Source: Dehalococcoidia bacterium (GTDB lineage: Bacteria; Chloroflexota; Dehalococcoidia; Lucifugimonadales; CAUZJF01). Taken from it: a DNA stretch of 64,000 nt. The notes under the pieces were generated by a model that searched no databases, was not told the origin of the DNA, and worked only from the letters and a program-made list of their open reading frames with translations. Location of the stretch: positions 402,554 to 466,553 of the forward strand of contig CBDEFX010000002.1 of the NCBI GenBank assembly GCA_965237635.1, read 5' to 3'. The position numbers and the translations under genes were made by a program. Shown piece by piece: positions 51,940 through 61,381 of this stretch (position 1 is the stretch's first letter; every line of letters starts with the position of its first letter).

Positions 51940-52254
51940 GGTCACGTCCCGTCAAGTGGTGTAAGAGTGCGTCATCCTGTTGATGTTGTTTAGGCGGCAG
52001 TCGCCTCCGCGAGATCGGCCTCTGGAAGAGCTTCGTTGAAGGTCAGCGCGACAGGTGCGATGTATCGACGGCCAACGGCCCATTCGTCGTGCTGCTCAGC
52101 CAGGACGGCGCCAACGAGGCGGCGCACGGCCGGCTGGTTAGGGAAGATGCCCACCACATCGGTGCGTCGCCGGATCTCCTTGTTGAGACGCTCCTGTGGG
52201 TTGTTGGACCAGATCTTCTTCCAGTGGGCGAGTGGGAAGCTGGAGAAGGCCACG
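51940..52254 (-). mobile_element. IS256 element A 3' fragment (diverged)
   Basis: Right IR GGTCACGTCCCGTCAAGTGG plus [28 protein letters not shown]. Confidence 0.88.
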
Positions 52255-52394
52255 GAATTTGGCGCCATAGCTAAGGCGTTGCAACACCGGTGGCCCAGTA
52301 GAGGCCCAGGTTCGGCCAAACGTCCGGGGGGGGACCAGTTGCACTCGCCCTCAGGGGCGGGTGAGGATTGAAACTCCGAGTGGGCGGAGCGCAA

Positions 52395-52555
52395 CCCCAA
52401 ACTCTACGCCGTCCCCGGCCACATGGCGCTGTCCTGGATTGGATCGCGGATGTGCCAGCGGAGCAACTCTTCGTGTCTGCCGTTACGGTTGGAGAGATAC
52501 AGGCAGGGATCGAGATCACCCGTGAGCAAGATGAGGCCAAGGCAGAGGAGTCATG
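52395..52555 (+). pseudogene. VapC/PIN toxin internal fragment
   Basis: LRRPRPHGAVLDWIADVPAEQLFVSAVTVGEIQAGIEITREQD. Confidence 0.75.
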
Positions 52556-52599
52556 CACAGAAGGTCGGACACTATGACCGAAGACGCCATAATTGGGTC

Positions 52600-53040
52600 G
52601 GACTCGATGAACTGATGGTAGCGGCTGCGCCTCCACGCGGCAAGCTGCGCCCACCACTGCGGCACCGGAAGTGATACGACGGGTGGCGTATAGCGCCGTC
52701 AGCACGCCGAGAGCCGCCAGGCCGTAGGAGTCCGAGGACCAGCTCCGGGGCAGCATACTCCCCAGATAGCCAAGGTACCCCTCCGGCAAACGGTTGTGGC
52801 CGCAACCGCGCCCACTGTGTAGGTCAGCATGTTTCGCAGCCAGCGCCCCATCCTCATCACCGCCGTGTCTGAAAGGGGGCCATGTTGAGGATCATCGAGA
52901 GCCCGGGTACGGAGTGGTTGACCGACAGCCCTGCGATCAGGGCCACTATGAGGAAGACCACGTAGTGGACGATATTCAAGGTGCCCAGGCCCGTTACGGC
53001 GCCCAGCGCGAACGCGAATCCCACCGATGACGCTCGCGCC
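52600..53040 (-). pseudogene. Frameshifted membrane protein remnant
   Basis: Hydrophobic stretches in different frames (VGFAFALGAVTGLGTLNIVHYVVFLIVALIAG; YGLAALGVLTALYA). Confidence 0.4.
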
Positions 53041-53399
53041 CTCCACGACGAAGGAACTATGTCCTCCGGCCGCTGCGGATCGAACGGCAGTATGGCTTCC
53101 TTCAGCGGGGACGCGCTGCCTCGGCCTGAGTCTCAGCATCTCCCGTATCCTGCGTCTGATGGATTGGGTAGGGACGGCGCGGAGCTGGTCGCGCTGCCCG
53201 CTGACTAGGTGCTGATCCGAAACGCAAAGGGCGGCCATCGTATTGCACGGTGGTCGCCTCTGCTCGTTCATCTATATGTGGGCCTTTTCTTGTTGTCAGA
53301 AGGGCCACTCGGGCGGTCCACAAAGACGAACACACTCACAGCATGTGCGCTTAGCTTCACAGGAGAGGCCGGAAGGCGTGGCTTTCCAGGAAGGCACGA

Positions 53400-53539
53400 T
53401 CAGTGACCGAAAGGAGAGATGGGTGGTGATGGTCAAGGGACAGGTATCGAGGTGGGACGGTACGGTGAACGTGATGGTCTCAGACGTGAAAACCGTCCGT
53501 TCGGGCGTCCAGATACCGGAGTCCCATGACTTGCACTGA
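53400..53539 (+). pseudogene. Possible 3' fragment of error-prone DnaE2 polymerase
   Basis: VMVKGQVSRWDGTVNVMVSDV...PESHDLH* resembles the DnaE2 OB-fold and SRDFH-type tail. Confidence 0.4.
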
Positions 53540-53684
53540 CAAACCTATCCGGGAGTGGTCAGCCAGGCCGTCGGCCTGCGCGGGAGCGTATAGATTGACA
53601 GGCACTCGGCAGGGCGCGAGGTTGGCTAAACTCTGTGAACGTGTGTCTCGGTAGGGGCGACCACAAGCCCTACTCCACCTATTC

Positions 53685-54149
53685 CTACCTTCCGTACCAT
53701 GGTGAGTCCGGTGACTGCCATACGGTCGTGCCACTTGAGCCCATCCTTGGCCAGTCCTCGTCAAAACAGACGATTTCCATCACCTGCAACGAATGCCCTG
53801 GGGGCAGATTGGTTGTCAGATCACTGGACCCAGGCTGGCCATACATGACGGACATCACGGGCTGCCCCTCGGGATAATGGCCGTCGGCGTTCTCACACCA
53901 GTTCTTGTCCAGGTCAGGCCCGGCCGTCGCAACGGCGTGCCTGAAGGGTGAGCGCATAGCCGGGATAGATCGGACACGGTGGTCGGCTGCTTCCACCGGC
54001 TCTCCGCCGGAAGTATGGGCCACAGAACCTACCGGCAATATGGACTGATCGGTCCCAGAGTTCCAGGGCTGAGTCAGCCAGACGGCTGTAGCCAGTAGCA
54101 CGACCACGGCCACCGCTGATACGAGCGCACGTACGCCGATCCTGTGCAT
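53685..54149 (-). CDS. Hypothetical exported protein
   Basis: AGGAGG RBS, N-terminal hydrophobic anchor, 154 aa. Confidence 0.6.
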   Translation of the reverse strand: MHRIGVRALVSAVAVVVLLATAVWLTQPWNSGTDQSILPVGSVAHTSGGEPVEAADHRVRSIPAMRSPFRHAVATAGPDLDKNWCENADGHYPEGQPVMSVMYGQPGSSDLTTNLPPGHSLQVMEIVCFDEDWPRMGSSGTTVWQSPDSPWYGR

Positions 54150-54197
54150 GTGAATCCTCCTTCTTTCCCCCTACAGGCCATCTGAACCTCGGAACGT

Positions 54198-54302
54198 TCA
54201 GTCCTTCGGCTTCATCCCAGAGTCGAGCTCGGAAGGGCGTTTGATGTCCGACTCTCCCGACTGCGTTTGTCTGAACTCTCGGATCGCCTTGCCTAGTGCG
54301 CC
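54198..54302 (-). pseudogene. TatA-like 3' fragment
   Basis: GALGKAIREFRQTQSGESDIKRPSELDSGMKPKD*; the transmembrane N-terminus is missing. Confidence 0.5.
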
Positions 54303-54545
54303 AAGTCCCTGATCAGCATCCAACCCAAGTCGGCCGATTGACCATCGTCACGGATAACGCGCGTACGCAGGAGTTGCTTCGCTGGGCTCTGTCCGCCTCG
54401 CGCCACGATCAGGTACCAGATGACCCAGCCGATACCGAGTGTGAGCACGAAGAGGAACCCGTCCAAGACGGCACCGGCAAGTCTGCGACCTTGGCTGGCA
54501 AGCTCAGCGTCATTGCTCTTCACGTCGCCTTCTCCTACAGCTCCA
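54293..54545 (-). pseudogene. RDD family protein fragment
   Basis: LASQGRRLAGAVLDG...GQSPAKQLLRTRVIRDDG...MLIRD. Confidence 0.7.
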
Positions 54546-54643
54546 GTTTGAATTTCAAGCTGAAAGTTCTCGATTTTGTCAAGTCTGGTGGGCCTAAGTT
54601 GACGGTAGGCAGAACCATCTTCGAGATGTGGATGGGGCTGTAG
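54545..54643 (+). other. Recombinase 3'-end scar with tRNA-Ile-like att core
   Basis: Reads LDFVKSGGPKLTVGRTIFEMWMGL*; core TGGTGGGCCTAAGTTGAC at 54586-54603. Confidence 0.6.
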
Positions 54644-54723
54644 TCTATCACGCCACTGTCTGGGCGACGCCATGGGGCCATGCTCTCCAGGCTAGTTTAT
54701 TTGGCTGACCGGACCGTTCAACC

Positions 54724-55341
54724 CTAGCGGCCCGGCGACAGCAGCTCGTTGGCGTACTTCGGAACGAACGTCTGCCTTGTGACCTCAACCTCCGAAATGC
54801 CGCCAGTTCGATAGGTAGCACATTCGGAGGAGCCGGCCTCGCAGGCATATAGCACAACATTGCCGCCGCGAGCCTTGCGCAGTGAGTATGGCTCCACCCT
54901 TTGCACGTCCCCCTCGTAACCCACGTCGACACACAGCCTGTTGGCAGCAGCAAAGTGAATGCGCTCCAGAGTGGAGGCGTTCATGCCCAGGTCCTCAACG
55001 GAGCCACCGCCCAGGCCGACGTCGCGAACTGAGCCGCCCTGGTCCACGGCGCGCCCAGACCCGATCGACCGCTGCCTTCGCCCAAGGCGCGCCCTGGGCA
55101 GGTCCGCCGCAGAGTTGAACGCCTGGGGGGGTACCGTGGCCCGGGCCACCGCTGCCTCCGCCCAGGTCGTGGTCCTGAGCTGAGCCGCCCTGGTCCACGA
55201 CGCGAACTGGCCAGCCCCACCGATGCCGCGGCCGGCCCCACCGATCGCCCTGGACCAGGCCCAGGTCCTCAATGGAGCCACCGCCCAGGTCGTGGTTGTG
55301 ATCTGACCTGCCAGCACCGACCCGCTGATCTCGTACTGCAT
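54724..55341 (-). CDS. WYL-domain protein with repeat-rich N-terminus (possibly frameshifted)
   Basis: IHFAAANRLCVDVGYEGDVQRVEPYSL...VLYA...YRTGGISEVEVTRQTF. Confidence 0.65.
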   Translation of the reverse strand: MQYEISGSVLAGQITTTTWAVAPLRTWAWSRAIGGAGRGIGGAGQFASWTRAAQLRTTTWAEAAVARATVPPQAFNSAADLPRARLGRRQRSIGSGRAVDQGGSVRDVGLGGGSVEDLGMNASTLERIHFAAANRLCVDVGYEGDVQRVEPYSLRKARGGNVVLYACEAGSSECATYRTGGISEVEVTRQTFVPKYANELLSPGR

Positions 55342-55929
55342 GGTGTAGTAGATATATACTTACCCAGAGGCAGAAATCCACCCATTAGATATTGCATGCA
55401 CCATTGCATGTTTGCATTTCTGGAGCTCTTCGACCGCCTATTCGCCTTTCGGCTAACCGCCTATTCCGTTCAACTGAGCGTGTCCAGCGATCTCCCTTCG
55501 ATCGCCTTGATGCTCGGTATCATTGTGGTGGGTCTCGTCGTGGCCCGGGCCACGGTGCGCCTACACGATACCCCTACAAGGAGAGTTGCATGTCCAACCG
55601 CGACGGAATCCTAGACTCGCGGTGGTGTTTGCGGTACCTTCGAGAGCGTTGAAAAACCCGCGTTGTGGCCCGGGCCACATCCCCTGCAAAGGAGGGGCTA
55701 CATGTCCAACCGCGACGGAATCCTAGACTCGCATCCTTCGTTGCGCGTCAAAATACCGCCGGAGCTGGCGGCCTTCGACCGATGAGACGCCGATCCGAAC
55801 GACCTGGCGAAGTGGGAGGCGGCTATGGCGGCCTTTGCCCCGGCCTTGGCCCCGGCCGCCGGAGCCGACAATTCCAACGCCAATCACCGCCATCTCTCCA
55901 CCTCCATTGTATTCAGCTTATTACTGGTA

Positions 55930-56071
55930 TCGAACGGATAAAGTCCGGCTAGATCTCGCTAACACGGCATCTAGCACACATACTGGCCATGATGCCCATG
56001 TAAGCGGCTCACATGGGCGCTACTCTTACCGGATTACGACGCTCTCACGCGGCTGATCTGGGAAATGTGGG
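55930..56071 (-). mobile_element. Terminal relic of an IS1380-like element
   Basis: Ends in GATCTGGGAAATGTGGG, similar to 44760-44881. Confidence 0.4.
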
Positions 56072-56142
56072 GTAGGACAAATTGCCAACGCCACCGCCAA
56101 TCTCTAAGCCAGCAAGTCGAAGCTCGTGTTCCAAGTGTAGGT

Positions 56143-56381
56143 AGGCCCTCCCCCGTCTCCACCACGAACACGGGGATCAGTCAGCCTCTAGTAAGCGATT
56201 CACGTCGACGGCGCCGAGTGTAGCAAATCCAAGTCCTTTTGGTACGGCTGATATTACGGCTCGTGATAGCTACGGCGCAAGACGGCCCCCTTTTGGAGCA
56301 TAGGTACTATAGCAGGTGCGGAACAGCAGGCTGGGGCGGTGCTTCGCTATGGCGGGTGGAACGGACAGGACCGAGCCGTAG
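56143..56381 (+). other. attL-like site and right arm of the second recombinase module
   Basis: AGGCCCTCCCCCGTCTCCACCA followed by ~240 bp near-identical to the reverse complement of 29937-30175. Confidence 0.75.
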
Positions 56382-57992
56382 CTATGAGAAGGCGGCCTCG
56401 AATACTCGCTCGGTACGTTCCTGTTGTTTCCGGTCAGGACCAGGCGTAAGAGATACGCCGGAGCCGGCACGGGTGGTTGCCAGATGGAAGACCGGCCTGA
56501 ACGGAGCTTTGGGCTTGATGGCGACGACCGAACGGGCGTCTTTCGTGTCAACGTAAACGGCGTCCAGCATGGCAAGCAACAGCTTCCGACGCTCTTCCAT
56601 GTTGGCACCAGCCCATAGCTCAGGCAGCCTCTCTATCAGCTTCCCCGCCTCTGCGGCAGCGGCAGCCTTTGGCACAACGAGGGACTCGAGCTCCATCTCC
56701 AGGTTCCGCTTCTGCCGCTTATACTCCTGGTCATCATAAACTCCATCGACATAGGTCTTGGCGAGTCTCCGAAGCCTCTCCTGGACCTTTCGCCGCTTGG
56801 CTTGGACTACTTCGACCTCGTCCCTGGCGCTGATTATCGAGAGGAGCTGCTCTTGCCATGCAGGTCCCAGCTCGATGGCCTCGACGATCCTTCCGACCTG
56901 CTCATCAGCCAGGCGGCACGGTATCGAGCCACCGTGAGCTGGGCATTGGGTGTTACTGCGAGACTCCCTGTGCTCACGGTAGTACCTCCTTCCGCTTTTA
57001 TAGGTCTGTGCCCACATCGGCATCTTGCAGTAGGCGCAACGGATGATCCCTTTCAGAAGATAGTCACGCTCAGGGTGAGGGCTCAGGGTCGTTGATCTGC
57101 CGCTGTTGTGCCGCATCTTGTCCTGGACCAGATCGAAGAGCTCCTGGCCGACGACTGGCTCGTGGGCTCCCGGTCGGAGTTGCTTCCTGTGCCTGACAAG
57201 ACCCGAGTAGAAAGCGTTATGGAGGATGCCCCTCACTGAGGCAGTGGTAAATAGCTTCGGACCGGGCGAGAGCTTGCCATCAGCGCCTGCCAGCTGCTTG
57301 GTGTTGCGAGTCCGTAAGCCGCTCGCGTTCAGCCACGCGGCGAGCTGGTTTAGTGTGGTCGATCCCGTCGAGTACCGTTTGAACATCTCCTGGACCGCGG
57401 CAACCTCGGACGCAATAAGATGAACGCCCCCGGAATGCTCTTTGGGGCATCTGCGCCTGCGCTCTCCGTCCTGGCTCATCCAGCAGGATTCGTATCCGAA
57501 CGGGATGCCGCCGGTGTGTCTGCCCTCATTGGCCCTCTCATCCAGACCCTTGCTTACGTGAGTGCCAAGCATGTTGGAGAAGAACTGGGCGAAGGACCCC
57601 AGAAGTTGAGTCGTCAACATCCCCTCAGGGGTCGAGTAGTCGATGTTCTCGGTGATGGAGACGAGAGCGACGTTGTGCATGCCCAGGTTGGCCAGCGACT
57701 CCAGGGTGACCCTGAGGTTGCGAGACCATCGGTCAAGGGTATGGACTACGACGATATCGAATTGATCCCTCCTGGCGTCCTCCATCAGTTGGCGGAAGAT
57801 AGGGCGCTTCTTCACCGACTCCGAGTGGGCCGACTGGCCCTCTTCCCGATAGACCCTGACGGCCGCCCACCTTCGGCTCTCACACAGCTGATTGAAGAGC
57901 CGCTCCTGGGCGTTCAGAGAGTGCCCGTCCACCTGTGAGATAGACGATACCCTGAGGTAGGCCACAGCTCTCTTGGAGTTCGCGTCGCTCAT
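56382..57992 (-). CDS. Large serine recombinase, copy 2
   Basis: 536 aa, near-identical to 28320-29936; lacks the PH duplication. Confidence 0.93.
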   Translation of the reverse strand: MSDANSKRAVAYLRVSSISQVDGHSLNAQERLFNQLCESRRWAAVRVYREEGQSAHSESVKKRPIFRQLMEDARRDQFDIVVVHTLDRWSRNLRVTLESLANLGMHNVALVSITENIDYSTPEGMLTTQLLGSFAQFFSNMLGTHVSKGLDERANEGRHTGGIPFGYESCWMSQDGERRRRCPKEHSGGVHLIASEVAAVQEMFKRYSTGSTTLNQLAAWLNASGLRTRNTKQLAGADGKLSPGPKLFTTASVRGILHNAFYSGLVRHRKQLRPGAHEPVVGQELFDLVQDKMRHNSGRSTTLSPHPERDYLLKGIIRCAYCKMPMWAQTYKSGRRYYREHRESRSNTQCPAHGGSIPCRLADEQVGRIVEAIELGPAWQEQLLSIISARDEVEVVQAKRRKVQERLRRLAKTYVDGVYDDQEYKRQKRNLEMELESLVVPKAAAAAEAGKLIERLPELWAGANMEERRKLLLAMLDAVYVDTKDARSVVAIKPKAPFRPVFHLATTRAGSGVSLTPGPDRKQQERTERVFEAAFS

Positions 57993-58202
57993 TCTTCGTC
58001 CTCGTCGTTCGGCCTGCGGGCTGCAACGGCCATGGCCGCATTGGCAAGTGTCTCAAGGAAGTTATCGATCATGATGAGGTCTGTCTCACCGTATTTGGCA
58101 GCACCTGGATTTGTGGCGGTACAGTGTATACGGGAACGTATACACGTCAACCCGTTTTGAGGCACGTTTTGTGGATGTACAGGCGTTCCCAAGGCAGCCA
58201 CC

Positions 58203-59563
58203 AGTAGAGTCCCAGGAAGTGGTGTAAGAGGGAGAGGGTCTGGAGAAAGAGAGACCACCGCGTCATCCTTGAAGAAAGCTCGAGAAAGGAGGACAACAGT
58301 GGTCAAGGAAAGGATGGACCTGCTGGAGCTATTGCGCAGGGGGGGAATGGACGGTGACGTGGACTTCCTACGGGAGGCACTGAGAGTGCTGGTAGAGGGG
58401 ATCATGGATGCGGAGGTGTCATCGAGGATCGGTGCTGAGTATGGAGAACGCAGCCCTGAGCGGGTGACCCAGCGCAACGGGTATCGGTCCCGGGCGTGGG
58501 ATACCCGGGTGGGGACTATGGAGCTGCACATCCCGAAGCTTCGAGAGGGGAGCTACTTCCCGAGCCTGCTGGAGCCACGGCGTCGCAGCGAGCGAGCTCT
58601 GCTGGCGGTCATTCAGCAGGCCTACGTGGAAGGGGTATCCACAAGGCGGGTGGATGACCTGGTCAAGGCCCTGGGGTGTGAGGGTATCTCCAAGAGCCAG
58701 GTGTCGCGTATCTGTCAGGAGCTGGACGTGGTGGTGGATGGCTTCCTGGGCCGTCCGCTGGACGGTGGACCCTACCCTTACCTGTGGCTGGACGCACTGA
58801 CCCAGAAGGTCAGGGAGGACGGCAGGATCGTCAACGTCAGCGTGGTGGTGGCGACGGCCGTCAATGGCGAGGGCAAGCGGGAGATCATTGGGATGGACGT
58901 GGGTACCAGTGAAGACGGCGCCTTCTGGCTGGCCTTCCTACGCTCGCTGTCCGCCAGGGGCCTCAGCGGGGTGGAGCTGGTGGTATCGGACGCTCATCAG
59001 GGACTCCGCGGCGCCATCGCCGCAGTCTTCGGCGGAGCCAGCTGGCAACGGTGCCGCACCCACTTCATGACCAACCTGCTCACTCGGGTACCCAGAAGAG
59101 TCCAACCATGGATGGCCACCATGGTCCGCACCATCTACCAGCAACCCTCCCCCGATGAGGTACACGCCCAACTCGATAGGGTGACCGATCAACTCGGAGA
59201 CCGGTTCCCTCAGGTGGCCTCTCTACTGGACGAGGCTGGACCCGATATCCTGGCCTTCTCCAGCTTCCCTGTCGCCCACTGGAAGAAGATCTGGTCCAAC
59301 AACCCCCTGGAGCGTCTCAACAAGGAGATCAGGCGTCGCACCGATGTCGTGGGCATCTTCCCTAACCGACCAGCCGTGCGTCGCCTGGTTGGCCCCGTCC
59401 TCGCTGAACAGCACGACGAATGGGCCGTTGGCCGTCGATACATCACACCTGTCGTGCTGACCCTAAACGAAGCTCTTCCGGAGGCCGATCTCGCGGAGGC
59501 GACAGCCGCCTAAACAACATCAACAGGATGACGCACTCTTCCACCACTTGACGGGACGTGACC
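58203..59563 (+). mobile_element. IS256-family element A, copy 2
   Basis: Same IRs; TSD CAGCCACC at 58195-58202 and 59564-59571. The uninterrupted site is visible at ~28110. Confidence 0.93.
58269..59513 (+). CDS. IS256-family transposase
   Basis: Near-identical to 7527-8741; true start may be the GTG at ~58301. Confidence 0.93.
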   Translation: MKKARERRTTVVKERMDLLELLRRGGMDGDVDFLREALRVLVEGIMDAEVSSRIGAEYGERSPERVTQRNGYRSRAWDTRVGTMELHIPKLREGSYFPSLLEPRRRSERALLAVIQQAYVEGVSTRRVDDLVKALGCEGISKSQVSRICQELDVVVDGFLGRPLDGGPYPYLWLDALTQKVREDGRIVNVSVVVATAVNGEGKREIIGMDVGTSEDGAFWLAFLRSLSARGLSGVELVVSDAHQGLRGAIAAVFGGASWQRCRTHFMTNLLTRVPRRVQPWMATMVRTIYQQPSPDEVHAQLDRVTDQLGDRFPQVASLLDEAGPDILAFSSFPVAHWKKIWSNNPLERLNKEIRRRTDVVGIFPNRPAVRRLVGPVLAEQHDEWAVGRRYITPVVLTLNEALPEADLAEATAA

Positions 59564-59570
59564 CAGCCAC

Positions 59571-60010
59571 CTAGCCAGCCGACTCTTGTGCGTCGATCAG
59601 GCGTTTGAGCGTTGCATAGCCGATACCCAGTTCAAACGCCGCCTTACGTCTCGATAGTTCTCCCGAGCTTAGGCGCTCCAAAATAGCTCCAAAACGACGA
59701 TCGAAGCCTCGCCGGTCCGTTACCCTGGGACGCCCTATCCGCTTGCCCTGTCGGCGAGCCCTGTCCATCCCCGCCTTCACACGCTCGCGGATCAGCTCCA
59801 ACTCGAACTCTGCCAGCGAGCCCAGGATGTTCAACATCAGCCGGCCTACGGCCGTAATGGTCTCGAAGTTCTCCCTCATGCCCTGGAAGCCTACGCCTAC
59901 CAAGAACCCGGGCGACCCGCAGGCCGTGTCCGCACGTACTAGAGGCGGCTCCAGCGCAAACCGGACGGGGACGCGGACGACCCCACCTACAATCTTCACC
60001 AAGCCGCGCA
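59571..60010 (-). pseudogene. Resolvase, 5'-degenerate
   Basis: 3' half matches 27499-28110; upstream reads ENFETITAVGRLMLNILGSL, then loses the frame. Confidence 0.8.
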
Positions 60011-60106
60011 TCGGCTACTGGATGCCGAAGGGGAAGACGGTGAAAGAAGAAACTGCATGTCCGAAGAGAGGCATACGTCAGAAGATATTGAAGACGGAGG
60101 AACTGA

Positions 60107-60892
60107 GTGAAACTGGTGCGAGGTTGGGAAAGCCGATATGCGCCGGACGTTACAGGCGGATTAAGGCTGAGCAAGGCAGGGCTTTACAGAGCGATTGGAG
60201 AAGAAGAAGGACTAGGAGATCGAAGGGAAGGCGAGGTCCGCATAGGCCTGCAGGGAAACATGACGGTGAGTTGGGAGGAGAGCGGGGCTTCACCACTTCT
60301 TTTTTCGAAGGAAATGGAAGAACAATCGAACGCCGACATGGCGGTAGCGATTCGGGACTTCCTGGCCAAAGAGCTGGACGATCCAGAGGTAGAACTTGAG
60401 AATCAGGGACCTTGCAAATGGAAGATATGGCAAAACCTCACAATGGAAGATTCCGTACTCGGTAGCCCTTTCCTTTTCTGTTTATCGAGGGAGCCTGCAA
60501 CGAGAAGCGACTGGGAAAGACTGCGAGCTGCGCTGCCGGAGAGATACGACACCTGGACCGTAACGGAAGACGTGGCCAGTCTGAACTTTGAGATCGAGTG
60601 CGGCATCAAGCGATGGATGGGGCTGAACGAGATAACGGAGCACAGGCTTGAGCAGAAGAGAGGTTGGGTGGCATACTCATACGATACAGCCCCGCCAAGC
60701 GACGAGATAGGCGAAATAGCGCAAATCACGAGATGGTTCCGGAAGGGAAGGAAATACAAAGACCAGGAAGAGTACAGACTCGCATGGAACCTGCAGAGTC
60801 CACAATGGGAGAGCCTTCCCGACGCACTAGAAATCGAGCTAACAAGGACCGGGCTGGGTCTATTCAAACCATGGGAGCCACCCAAGCACTAG
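60107..60892 (+). CDS. Hypothetical protein
   Basis: 261 aa with a protein-like composition; GGAGG upstream; motif WFRKGRKYKDQEEYRLAW. Confidence 0.7.
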   Translation: MKLVRGWESRYAPDVTGGLRLSKAGLYRAIGEEEGLGDRREGEVRIGLQGNMTVSWEESGASPLLFSKEMEEQSNADMAVAIRDFLAKELDDPEVELENQGPCKWKIWQNLTMEDSVLGSPFLFCLSREPATRSDWERLRAALPERYDTWTVTEDVASLNFEIECGIKRWMGLNEITEHRLEQKRGWVAYSYDTAPPSDEIGEIAQITRWFRKGRKYKDQEEYRLAWNLQSPQWESLPDALEIELTRTGLGLFKPWEPPKH

Positions 60893-60941
60893 AAGGCTTC
60901 AGTGTCCAAGTCCGGCTGTTGTCATCGGCGACCCTTGCCCT

Positions 60942-61030
60942 CACAGAGCCCCCAGCCACACCTCGAAGATAGTTCTGTCTACCGTCAAAATAGGCCCACC
61001 AGACTTGACAAAATCAAGAACTTCCATTCT
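60942..61030 (-). other. Second tRNA-Ile-like att / recombinase 3' scar
   Basis: Minus strand reads EVLDFVKSGGPILTVDRTIFEVWLGAL*. Confidence 0.6.
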
Positions 61031-61267
61031 TTGGAATCAATAGACACGGAAAACTCAGATACTCGTGGGCGGTCGGGTTGGGGCCATTCAAGCCGGGGCG
61101 GGGCTCTTAGACAATCGCGTGCCCTACAACAGCCTGCCGGAGAGGGTGGAGCCGTTGGGACGGGCGTGGCGCGCAACCTAGGCATCGACCCCCGGCTGGG
61201 CCATCCGAAGCTGAGCCAGACGAGCCGGGATAGATGAGTCGTCTCTCTTATGACTGGTTCGGTCCCT

Positions 61268-61328
61268 GTCAACTGGGCCTAAGTTGACGGTAGGCAGAAC
61301 CATCTTCGAGATGCGGCTGGCTCTGTAG
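61268..61328 (+). other. Third tRNA-Ile-like att / recombinase 3' scar
   Basis: GTCAACT-GGGCCTA-AGTTGAC dyad, then GPKLTVGRTIFEMRLAL*. Confidence 0.6.
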
Positions 61329-61381
61329 CGGATAACTGGGCTACCGGTGGGTAGACTTGATTTGATTGCTGGCGAAGCGTG

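Noticed and set aside
60942-61328. MITE with ~55-bp terminal inverted repeats, or IS6-like GGCTCTGT ends
   Set aside because: A third solo copy at 54545-54643, the shared reading frame and the tRNA-like core fit att scars better; no TSD was seen.
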